Source: Candidatus Poriferisocius sp. (GTDB lineage: Bacteria; Actinomycetota; Acidimicrobiia; Acidimicrobiales; Bin134). Taken from it: DNA of 64,000 nt. The stretch is from NCBI RefSeq assembly GCF_965208475.1, contig NZ_OZ242338.1, forward strand, positions 1,426,782-1,490,781, in the 5' to 3' direction. Each line of letters opens with the position of its first letter. Position 1 is the stretch's first letter. The notes below the pieces were generated by a model. It was given only the letters and a program-made list of their open reading frames with translations, was not told where the DNA came from and searched no databases. Shown piece after piece: positions 42,506 to 50,875 of this stretch. The position numbers and the translations under genes are program-made.

Positions 42506-43174
42506 TCAGGCGTACTTGAGCAGGTTCTCGGCCATGATCCAGCCGAAGGCGATCATGGTGTCGCCTCCGCCGCGGTCCACCTTGTCGAACAGGGCGACCA
42601 CCTCGGGGGCGATGCTGTCGGGCTTGGCCGTCTCGTAGTCGAGCAGACAGGCCTGGTTGTCGTTGCCCACCACCCGGAAGTCCCGGTCGAGATACCGGGA
42701 GGCGCTGATGTGGAACCGTTTGGCCAGCCGGCGGCCCCAGGCCCGCTCCTCCCCGGAGGCCTTGTGCCCCGGGCGGGGAACGATGTCCACCAGGGGCTTG
42801 AAGGTGTCGAACCCGCCGGGGTTGTCGAACTGGGTGCCCATCAGCACGTCTTCGTCGGGGAAGGCCATCAGCGCCCGGTGGAGCTGGGCCTCGGTGATCT
42901 GGCGGAGAACGGTGCTGCGCTTAGAGGTGCGGGCCACCGACGCCAGCCCCACCAGCACGCTCGGCGTCCCGCCGATGCGCTCCAGCGTGGAGAAGGAGAA
43001 TCCTCGGAGCTTCCCGTTCTCCCGGGCGGTGGAGATCAGCACCCACTCCTCGGTCTGCTTGGAGAGCAGCCCCACCGAGAACGGATTGGGGCCGTCAGCA
43101 CACATGTCCGCCATCTCGGCCAGCTCAGCGTCGGTGACCGCTGTGCAGTCCTTGGTTTCGACGTCTATTGCCAT
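42506..43174 (-). CDS. Hypothetical protein
   Basis: 222-aa ORF with normal composition and no motif I recognise. Confidence 0.45.
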   Translation of the reverse strand: MAIDVETKDCTAVTDAELAEMADMCADGPNPFSVGLLSKQTEEWVLISTARENGKLRGFSFSTLERIGGTPSVLVGLASVARTSKRSTVLRQITEAQLHRALMAFPDEDVLMGTQFDNPGGFDTFKPLVDIVPRPGHKASGEERAWGRRLAKRFHISASRYLDRDFRVVGNDNQACLLDYETAKPDSIAPEVVALFDKVDRGGGDTMIAFGWIMAENLLKYA

Positions 43175-43325
43175 GCGCTGCTCTCTCTCCTCGCTCGCTT
43201 TTTCCCACAGATCCCCCCGTGGGCACCCCTATAGTCCATCAACCGCCCCGGTAGGCGCGCAAACCCGCAGGAACACAAGGGTTTCACCGATGGGCTTGCC
43301 CCCGGCAAAATGCCAGCTAGTCGGG

Positions 43326-46300
43326 CTACACGGCGATGGCGTTCTCGCCCAGCATCTCCCGCAGCTCGCCGATCAAACCGCTTCCCGCGTCCACCCCATA
43401 GGCCGAGGAGAGCTTGATGCCCTTGTCGGCGCCGAGCATGAGAATCACCTCGGACTTGCCGGGATGGCCGGCAAGAGCCGACTTGAGGCCGTCGATGCGA
43501 TCGGGGGTCAGCCTGCGAGCAGGGAGATTCACCCGCAGGGGCCCCAGGCCGTTGGCCCAGTCGAGGCGCACCGGCTCCACTCGGCTGCACAGAAGCTTGG
43601 GCTCTTCGTCGCGGCTTTCCAGCCTCCCCTCCATGACAACCACGAGATCGTTCTCGATCTTGTGGCCGTGCTCGGCAAGGGCCTTGGGGAACAGAGTCAC
43701 CTCCAGGCTGCCGTAGAGGTCCTCTAGCTCGCACGACCCCATCTGGTCGCCTCGCTTGGTCCACCTCTTGCTGAAGTTGCTGACAACCCCGCCCACCTTG
43801 ACCCGGGTGCCCTCCTCGACATCCACAAGCTGGTCGATCCGGTGGCTGGTCCTGCGGGCCAGCACCCCCTCCAAGCCCATGACCGGATGATCGGACACGT
43901 ACAGCCCCAGCATCTCCCTCTCGGCGGCCAGTCGGCGGGCCTTGTCGAACTCGGTGTCGGGGATGGCGATGTCCTCGTAGACGGAATCGAGGGCGCCCTC
44001 GTCGAACAGGCTCATCACCCCTTGCTCGCGCTCGCGCTGCTGCTGGATGCCTCGCCGCATGATCGGCTCGAACACGTTGAGCAGCCCCTGGCGGGGGTGG
44101 CCCAGCGAGTCGAAACTGCCCGCTTTGACGAGGGCTTCCACGACCCCCTTGTTCAGCACCATCGGGTCGACCCGCTGGCAGAAGTCGTAGAAGTCGGCGA
44201 ACGGGCCATTCTCGGCCCGCTCGTCCAGAATCATCTGCGCCGCGCCCGCCCCCACTTGGCGGATGGCGGAGAGCCCGAAGGAGATGGACGGCTCGCCGCC
44301 GGGCGATCGGATGGCGGCGAAGTCGGAATGGGAGAGGTTCACGTCGGGCAGGGTCACCCTGATCCCCCGCTGGCGGCAGTCGGCCAGGTACACAGCCGCC
44401 TTCTCCAGCTTGTTCTTCACGCTGGTCAAAAGGGCGGCCATGTACTCCACCGGGTAGTTGGCCTTGAGGTAGGCCCCCTGATATGCGATCAGGCCGTAGC
44501 CATAGGAGTGGCTCTTGTTGAAGGCGTAGTCGGCGAACTGTTCGATGATGTCGAACAGCTCCGTGCCCAGATCGGTGCCGTAGCCGTGCTGATCGCAGCC
44601 CTCCACGAAGGAGTCCCGCTCCTTGGCCATCAGCTCGCGGTCTTTCTTGCCGCAGGCCTTGCGGAGGTTGTCGGCCTCGGCCAGGGAATAGCCGGCGAAC
44701 CGCTGGGCCACCCGCATGACGCTCTCCTGGTAGATCATAAGACCGTAGGTGTCGGCCAAGATGTCGGACGCGTCCTCGTGGAAGAACTCCACCGGCCGGC
44801 GGCCGTTCTTGCGATCGGCGTAGTCGTGGTGCATGTTGGCGGCCATCGGGCCGGGCCGATACAGGGCCACCAGGGCGGCCACATCGTCGAAGCAGGTGGG
44901 CTTCAGGGATCGCATCAACGCTCGAATCGGGGGGCTCTCCAGCTGGAACACCCCGATGGTGTCGCCCCGGGCCAGCAGCTCGTAGGTGGCCGAGTCGTCC
45001 AGCGATACGTTGTCGATGTCCATCGCAGTGCCCAGGGACTGCTCGATGAGCCCGAGCGCATCTTCGATGACGTCCAGGTTCCGCAAGCCCAGGAAGTCCA
45101 TCTTCAGCAGGCCCAGGTCTTCCACCGCGTGCATCTCATACTGGGTGACGATGGGCACCTCGTCGAGGCTCTGGTTCGGTGAGGCCTTGCGCTGGATGGG
45201 GAGGTGCTCGGTAAGCGGCTCCTTGGTGATCACCACCGCGGCGGCGTGGATGCCGTCCTGGCGGCGCAGGCCCTCTAGGCCGCGGGCCACATCGATCACC
45301 TTGTGGGCGTCCTCGTCGCTCTCGCGCATCTCCCGCAGTTCGGCCGCCGCCTTGTATCCGTCGGCGTACTCCTCGGTCGGTTCCAAACAGGCCCACAGCG
45401 GGGTGTCGCGGCCCAGCACCAGCGGGGGCATGGCCTTGGCCAGCTTGTCGCCCAGCGAATAGGGAAGGTCCAGCACCCGGGCGCTGTCGCGCACCGCGGC
45501 CCGGGCCTTGATGGTGGAGAAGGTGATGATCTGGGCCACGTGGTCCCGGCCGTACTTCTCGGTGGCGTAGCGGATGATCTCGTCCCGGTAGCGGGAGTCG
45601 AAGTCCATGTCGATGTCGGGCATGGACACCCTCGACGGGTTGAGGAACCGCTCGAACAGCAGGTCGTAGCGAATGGGATCCAGGTCGGTGATCCGCAGGC
45701 AGTAGGCCACCGCGCACCCCGCGGCGCTGCCCCGGCCCGGGCCCACCCGGATGCCCCGCTCGCGGGCGTAGCGGATCAAGTCCCAGGTGATGAGGAAGTA
45801 GGAGGAGAAGCCCATGTCGGAGATGACCTTGAGCTCGTAGGCCAGCCGGTCGGCGGCCCCGTCGGAGAGCGGGCGGCCCCAGCGGGACTCAGCCCCTTTC
45901 AAGGTCAGCTCCCGGAGGTAGTCGTCGGCGGTTTCGAAACCCTCGGGGATGGGAAAGTCGGGCAGCTGGGGATTGCCGAACTCGATCTCCACGTCGGCGC
46001 GCTCGGCGATCCACAGCGTGTTGTCGCAGGCCGGGCCCAGCTCGGCGAACAGGCCTCGCATCTCGGCGGACGACTTGAGATAGTGCTCGTTGCCGTGGAA
46101 CCTCAGGCGGTCGGGATCGCTGACCAGCGAGCCGGTCTGCACGCACAGCAGGGCGTCGTGGGCCTCGGCGTCAGATCGATGGGTGTAGTGGCTGTCGTTG
46201 GTGGCCAGCAGGGGGGCGCCGATCTGCTCGGCCAGCCGAAGCAGCTCGGGGTTGGTCCTCTGCTGCTCGGGGATGCCGTGATCCTGGATCTCCACGAACA

Positions 46301-46853
46301 GGTTGTCCTTGCCGAAGATGTCCTGGAGGCGGGCCGCCTTGGCCACCGCCTCCTCGTACTCGTCGCGCAATAGGGACTGGAGCACGTGCCCGCCCAGACA
46401 GCCGGTGGTGGCAATCAGGCCATCGCTGTGCTCGGCCAACAGATCCCAGTCCAGCCGGGGCTTGTAGTAGTAGCCCTCGAGGAATGCCCGGCTGGACAGC
46501 TGGATGAGGTTCTTGTAACCGGCGTTGTCCTCGGCCAAAAGGGTGAGGTGGTAGTAGAGCTTGGCCCCTCCCTCGGTGCTGCCCCCGCCGTCGTCCATCT
46601 TGCCCCGCCGGGGCGGGCGCTCCGACCGGTTCTCGTGGGCCATGTAGGCCTCCGTGCCGATAATGGGCTTGACGCCCTCGGCCCGGCAGGCCCGGTAGAA
46701 GTCGATGACCCCGTACATGTTGCCGTGGTCGGTGATCCCCAGCGCGGGCTGCCCGTCGGCAGCCGCCGCCTTGACCAGGTCACCAACCCGGGAGGCGCCG
46801 TCGAGAATGGAGTACTCGGTGTGGACGTGGAGGTGGGTAAAGGAATCGGACAC
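43326..46853 (-). CDS. dnaE: DNA polymerase III alpha subunit
   Basis: 'FTHLHVHTEYSILDGA' PHP domain; polymerase core and OB region throughout. GTG start at 46853 preferred over 46955. Confidence 0.95.
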   Translation of the reverse strand: MSDSFTHLHVHTEYSILDGASRVGDLVKAAAADGQPALGITDHGNMYGVIDFYRACRAEGVKPIIGTEAYMAHENRSERPPRRGKMDDGGGSTEGGAKLYYHLTLLAEDNAGYKNLIQLSSRAFLEGYYYKPRLDWDLLAEHSDGLIATTGCLGGHVLQSLLRDEYEEAVAKAARLQDIFGKDNLFVEIQDHGIPEQQRTNPELLRLAEQIGAPLLATNDSHYTHRSDAEAHDALLCVQTGSLVSDPDRLRFHGNEHYLKSSAEMRGLFAELGPACDNTLWIAERADVEIEFGNPQLPDFPIPEGFETADDYLRELTLKGAESRWGRPLSDGAADRLAYELKVISDMGFSSYFLITWDLIRYARERGIRVGPGRGSAAGCAVAYCLRITDLDPIRYDLLFERFLNPSRVSMPDIDMDFDSRYRDEIIRYATEKYGRDHVAQIITFSTIKARAAVRDSARVLDLPYSLGDKLAKAMPPLVLGRDTPLWACLEPTEEYADGYKAAAELREMRESDEDAHKVIDVARGLEGLRRQDGIHAAAVVITKEPLTEHLPIQRKASPNQSLDEVPIVTQYEMHAVEDLGLLKMDFLGLRNLDVIEDALGLIEQSLGTAMDIDNVSLDDSATYELLARGDTIGVFQLESPPIRALMRSLKPTCFDDVAALVALYRPGPMAANMHHDYADRKNGRRPVEFFHEDASDILADTYGLMIYQESVMRVAQRFAGYSLAEADNLRKACGKKDRELMAKERDSFVEGCDQHGYGTDLGTELFDIIEQFADYAFNKSHSYGYGLIAYQGAYLKANYPVEYMAALLTSVKNKLEKAAVYLADCRQRGIRVTLPDVNLSHSDFAAIRSPGGEPSISFGLSAIRQVGAGAAQMILDERAENGPFADFYDFCQRVDPMVLNKGVVEALVKAGSFDSLGHPRQGLLNVFEPIMRRGIQQQREREQGVMSLFDEGALDSVYEDIAIPDTEFDKARRLAAEREMLGLYVSDHPVMGLEGVLARRTSHRIDQLVDVEEGTRVKVGGVVSNFSKRWTKRGDQMGSCELEDLYGSLEVTLFPKALAEHGHKIENDLVVVMEGRLESRDEEPKLLCSRVEPVRLDWANGLGPLRVNLPARRLTPDRIDGLKSALAGHPGKSEVILMLGADKGIKLSSAYGVDAGSGLIGELREMLGENAIAV

Positions 46854-47003
46854 TGCGTTCCTGTGGAAGATGTGTGGCCTGTATGTGGATAACTTACAGG
46901 CTTGTGGTTTGGCCTGCCCCGACCATACCAACACCCGGCGACTCGTGCTTATCACCGGCTGAGGGCGCGTGTTCTCCCTGGTACACGGCTACTTGGCCAT
47001 GAG

Positions 47004-47036
47004 CTAGCGGCGTGTCGAGTGTTTGGTTGCGGTGTT
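47004..47036. repeat. Left arm of a 33-nt inverted repeat (25 nt perfect: 47012-47036)
   Basis: ctagcggcgtgtcgagtgtttggttgcggtgtt. The reverse complement of 50299-50331 is ctagtggtgtgtcgagtgtttggttgcggtgtt (2 mismatches). Confidence 0.95.
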
Positions 47037-47075
47037 AGGCAGCGTGTCGCCGGCAGGCTGCTGTGGTCGTTGGGC

Positions 47076-49817
47076 TTATCCGGCTGCCTGGGCGGTGAGC
47101 GCTGCCTGCACTTTGGGCAGCGTGCCGATGCCGTCGGCCCACCCGTGACGGCGCGCCCGGGCGAGCCACGCCGCTATGTCGTCGTCGCTCATGCCGCCGC
47201 TGCGGCCCTCGAGCCGGTCGAGCACCGCTGTCCAGTCGCGCACCCCTGCATGGTGGCGGCGCGCCCTGAACGACGCGATGTGCGCTTCGACCTCAGCGAT
47301 CAGCGCCGGGTCCATCACGTACGCGACGGTCACCTCGGGCACTACGACCGGCGGCGGATCCTGCTGCTGCTGTTGTTGTTGTTGTTGTTGGGTTTGGGCG
47401 GCTGCCTGGACGGTGAGGGCTGCCTGCACTTTGGGGAGTGTGCCGATGCCGTCGGCCCAGCCGTGACGGCGTGCCCGGGCGAGCCACGCCGCTATGTCGT
47501 CGTCGCTCATGCCGCCGCTGCGGCCCTCGAGCCGGTCGAGCACCGCTGTCCAGTCGCGCACCCCTGCTTGGTGGCGGCGCGCCCTGAACGACGCGATGTG
47601 CGCTTCGACCTCCGCGACCAGCGCCGGCGAGATGCCCGCGCCGTCGCCGCTGTCCGCGTCGGGGACGGCCTGCTGCTGATCGGCCCCGTCCTGGTCGTGG
47701 GGGGGTGCCTGCTGGCCGTCGGACACCGGGTCGCTGTTGTCGTCGACGCTGGGAGAGGTCTCCAGGTTCGGCCCGTAGCTGACCGTGACCTGGCGGTGCG
47801 CTGACGGCTCGCCGTTCGCCCGCTCCAGGCTCATCGAGATGTCATAGGCGCCGGTGGAACCGTACAACGCCGGATCCAGCGTCAAATCGACCCGCAACAG
47901 CCTGTCCCAGTGGCCCGGCTTGACATGCATGGCGAACCAGTGCCTGGGCCCCGCGACCTTCGTGTACGACGACGGGCTGGCGCCCGCCTGATCGGCGCGA
48001 TGCACCGTCGCGGCCACCGGCGCGTTGTCCCACGACCCGTCGGGGCGGCCGGTGCGCAGCCGGATGCGCAGCACATCCCAGCACAACCCCGCAGAGCGGC
48101 CCTCGCAGTCGGGCGGCCCGTCGACCCTGAGCCAGAACCGTCCCAGCCCCGAACGGCTCTCGCCCGCACGGCTCAACACGCTGACCTGACCGATCACCGC
48201 CCCATCGGCGCCCACAGCATCGAAGCCCCTCAGATCGTCGTCGACTACCGCCACCGCCATGTTGAAGTCCGACTCCGCCTGAGCCTTGGACTCGCTTCGC
48301 CGCAGGATCTTCGACAGCGAACCCGACGTGTCCCAGTTCTCGCTGAACACATGACGAATGATGCGGGTCTCGGACCTCACATCGTCGTCGTGAGCGGCGG
48401 TCACCGTCACCGTGCGCACCTCATCGTGATCGCGGTGCGTCCACGACACCACCGCAGGGTCGAACGACAGCCCCTCGCCGGTGGGGGTGATCGTCAACGG
48501 CGACCCCGGCGCGGGAATGTTGGAGTTGCGCACCGTGTACTGAACGGTGCGGCCCTCCCCGACGCGCAGACACTCCCGCTCGCGACAGTGGAAACTGAAA
48601 CGCGGATCAGGGTCGAACACCGGATCCAACCCCCGGGAGCGCTTAACCACCACCGTGACCGGCGCGAACGCCACCGACGCGTCCGACGACGACAACAACA
48701 ACTGGAACTTCGCGTCAGGCCCATTCGCCGGCAAACCATCCGCGCCAGAAGCCACACCAGTCACCTCCACCACCCGATAACCCTTGTGCAGCGCAGGCTC
48801 GTCAATAGACGTGTAACCCGCCCAATCCGCAGCAGTGAAATCGAAACTCACCGACCCAGACCGCGCACGCCTCTCGGTAAACACCCACTCTCTGATAACC
48901 CCAGTACCGGTAGTCTTTTCATGCAGACGACCAGGGCCCGCAACATAACCATCCTGCACCTTCTCGCCCACAACACCGTTACGCGCGTTATGGCCATTCA
49001 CATACTTGCGGCCCATGAACAAAACCGCAGGATGATTCACCAAAAAACGCGACGGATCAGACGACGCAGCCGTCACCGACACCCGCGAAGTCACCTCCTT
49101 AGCCAAATCCAAACGCACAGACACCGTCTCACCCTCACCCACAAACACCACCGAAGGCGCCGACACCAACAGATCCGACGCCTCATTCACCGACCCGTTC
49201 ACCCCGATCTTCATGGTCTCCGTGCGGGGGGCGGACCACGAGCCGCTGCTGACACTGGAGCTACGCACAAAGCTGCTGTCAGCGATGCTGAAGCCGGGCG
49301 TCCCGCCCGAGTCCTCGTTGTTTGAAGCCGCGCTGTCGACACGGTTGTTGCCCGAAAGACTGCCATGGTTGTCGAGCACAATGAAATACTCGGTGTCCGC
49401 CGCGAGGCTGATGCCGCTCCCCGGCGCCGCGAAACGCAGCCTCTGAACACTGCTGAACGGCGAGAAAGCCGGCCACGCCAACGTCCCGACAACACCGCCG
49501 GGGCGGCCGTCCGCCTCAGCATGCACCGACACCGACAACTTCGAAACCGCAGCAGCATCAGTCAACTGAGCAAACTGCACATGGACACTGCTCAACGTGT
49601 AACCCAACGCGTTGCCGCCCGTCGAGAACGCCTGCGCAGCATCCAACAAAGGCAACTCGTAGTCGTTCCCCTCGCTCTGGCCCAGATTGCTCACCAACAC
49701 CGACTCAGTCGGCGACTGCGCCCCAGCAGGCGACGACGGCGACACAGCCAGCACCGCAGCCAACACCGCCAACACCGCCAACACGCGCACCACGCGGCAT
49801 CGGCCCCTCACAGGCAC
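47076..49817 (-). CDS. Large secreted/surface repeat protein of unknown function
   Basis: Signal peptide 'RGRCRVVRVLAVLAVLAAVLAVSPSSPAGAQ'. Beta-rich body. C-terminus has two near-identical modules joined by Q10. Start taken as GTG 49817, directly after the G23 tract; the open frame continues to 50021. Confidence 0.7.
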   Translation of the reverse strand: MPVRGRCRVVRVLAVLAVLAAVLAVSPSSPAGAQSPTESVLVSNLGQSEGNDYELPLLDAAQAFSTGGNALGYTLSSVHVQFAQLTDAAAVSKLSVSVHAEADGRPGGVVGTLAWPAFSPFSSVQRLRFAAPGSGISLAADTEYFIVLDNHGSLSGNNRVDSAASNNEDSGGTPGFSIADSSFVRSSSVSSGSWSAPRTETMKIGVNGSVNEASDLLVSAPSVVFVGEGETVSVRLDLAKEVTSRVSVTAASSDPSRFLVNHPAVLFMGRKYVNGHNARNGVVGEKVQDGYVAGPGRLHEKTTGTGVIREWVFTERRARSGSVSFDFTAADWAGYTSIDEPALHKGYRVVEVTGVASGADGLPANGPDAKFQLLLSSSDASVAFAPVTVVVKRSRGLDPVFDPDPRFSFHCRERECLRVGEGRTVQYTVRNSNIPAPGSPLTITPTGEGLSFDPAVVSWTHRDHDEVRTVTVTAAHDDDVRSETRIIRHVFSENWDTSGSLSKILRRSESKAQAESDFNMAVAVVDDDLRGFDAVGADGAVIGQVSVLSRAGESRSGLGRFWLRVDGPPDCEGRSAGLCWDVLRIRLRTGRPDGSWDNAPVAATVHRADQAGASPSSYTKVAGPRHWFAMHVKPGHWDRLLRVDLTLDPALYGSTGAYDISMSLERANGEPSAHRQVTVSYGPNLETSPSVDDNSDPVSDGQQAPPHDQDGADQQQAVPDADSGDGAGISPALVAEVEAHIASFRARRHQAGVRDWTAVLDRLEGRSGGMSDDDIAAWLARARRHGWADGIGTLPKVQAALTVQAAAQTQQQQQQQQQQDPPPVVVPEVTVAYVMDPALIAEVEAHIASFRARRHHAGVRDWTAVLDRLEGRSGGMSDDDIAAWLARARRHGWADGIGTLPKVQAALTAQAAG
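47082..47612 (-). repeat. Two 213-bp near-identical blocks (period 318 bp) encoding the duplicated C-terminal module
   Basis: 47082-47294 versus 47400-47612 show about 7 substitutions. Protein module: 'ALIAEVEAHIASFRARRH.AGVRDWTAVLDRLEGRSGGMSDDDIAAWLARARRHGWADGIGTLPKVQAAL'. Confidence 0.9.
47361..47390 (-). repeat. Trinucleotide repeat (CAA)6(CAG)4 encoding Q10 between the two modules
   Basis: The + strand reads ctgctgctgctgttgttgttgttgttgttg. Confidence 0.95.
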
Positions 49818-49819
49818 GA

Positions 49820-49842
49820 CCCCCCCCCCCCCCCCCCCCCCC
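49820..49842 (-). repeat. Homopolymeric G23 (C23 on + strand) immediately 5' of the signal-peptide coding sequence
   Basis: Direct count gives c at 49820-49842. Confidence 0.95.
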
Positions 49843-50091
49843 GAACGGAGAGACCCATCAACAACACCAACAACAGACGAACCAGCCAACACGCTCACAA
49901 CATGACCCTCCCGCTCAGCCTTCAACGGCCTGCGATATCTTTGCAGCATCCAAGCGCTGAACACATCCCGACGCCGGAACACGCGCAGCAATACATGCAG
50001 CCAGCATACGGACCCACACACACCCGGTCAACGACGCCATAGCCCCAGCGCCCTGCCGGCCGCCTTGGGCGCTGCCGTGCGCCACGCGAAT

Positions 50092-50113
50092 GACCCGGGC
50101 CGAAGCCCGGGTC
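50092..50113 (-). terminator. 9-bp GC stem with UUCG loop (minus-strand RNA), candidate U-tail-less terminator or stabiliser downstream of bpa
   Basis: The minus strand reads gacccgggc-ttcg-gcccgggtc. It lies 215 nt after the bpa stop. There is no U tract. Confidence 0.35.
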
Positions 50114-50298
50114 GACAGCCGAATCGTGCAAAGTCGCTTTCGTTCTCGTGTTCATCCACAAGCTGGTTCAGGCGCAGGGGGTCGACTCCTGGCACGAACC
50201 CAGTCGAATGGGTCCGGACGCGATATGGCTCGGCCGACAGGGATGCGTCCGGCCACAGTCCGCAACGCAGCACACATGCTCACGACACGACACCAACC

Positions 50299-50331
50299 AA
50301 CACCGCAACCAAACACTCGACACACCACTAG
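50299..50331. repeat. Right arm of the 33-nt inverted repeat; overlaps the bpa stop codon (CTAG)
   Basis: See the left arm. The terminal ctag contains the TAG stop of bpa (50328-50330). Confidence 0.95.
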
Positions 50332-50855
50332 AGATAGGTGCCCGGGGCGCGGTCGGGGCCGGGGACAGGGGCGCCGGGGGGCAGTTCGGCCCGGATGTTG
50401 GCAAGCTGCTGCTGCGCGGAGACCTGCTGGGCGAACAGGGCGGCCTGGATGCCCTGGATCAGGCCCTCCAGCCACCCCACCAACTGGGCTTTGGCCACCT
50501 GGAGCTCGGGTTGGCTGGGGGGGTGGTCTTGGGGAAACGGCAGGATCAGGCGGTCGAGCTCCTCGCTCAGATCAGGGGACAGCGCCGAGCCCAGCTCCTC
50601 GATCGAAGTGGCGTATATCTCCCGCAGCCGGTCGCGGCTGGACTCGTCCAGCGAAGCCTGGCGAACCTCTTCCAAGAGCTGCTTCATCATCGTGCCGACC
50701 CTCATCACCTTGGCCGGCTGCTCTATGGCCTCCCTGGCCGTCTCGGGCTCAGTCTTCCCGCTATCGGGAAGCGCCCCATCGTGGACAACCTCGGCGGGCT
50801 CAGCAGGCATCGGCTGGCGGGTGTCGGACATGGCTGGCAATCTACCCGCTGCCAC
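50328..50855 (-). CDS. bpa: Bacterial proteasome activator (Bpa/PafE-like)
   Basis: Helical protein of about 170 aa ending in 'GTYL', compared with the GQYL proteasome-docking motif of Bpa. The start may be ATG 50831. Confidence 0.65.
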   Translation of the reverse strand: MAAGRLPAMSDTRQPMPAEPAEVVHDGALPDSGKTEPETAREAIEQPAKVMRVGTMMKQLLEEVRQASLDESSRDRLREIYATSIEELGSALSPDLSEELDRLILPFPQDHPPSQPELQVAKAQLVGWLEGLIQGIQAALFAQQVSAQQQLANIRAELPPGAPVPGPDRAPGTYL

Positions 50856-50875
50856 CCAGATCCGGGCAACGCTGT

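Noticed and set aside
43175-43325. 150-nt dnaE-downstream intergenic region as a possible small RNA or terminator
   Set aside because: There is only a weak 6-bp stem (aaaccc…gggttt), and no conserved structure or promoter-like elements that I can support.
47082-47612. Possible diversity-generating retroelement (template/variable repeat pair) at the 3' end of the surface-protein gene
   Set aside because: Differences between the two copies include G>A, C>G, C>T and A>T changes rather than being confined to adenines of one copy. Both copies are translated in tandem within the same ORF. No reverse transcriptase or Avd-like gene is in the window.
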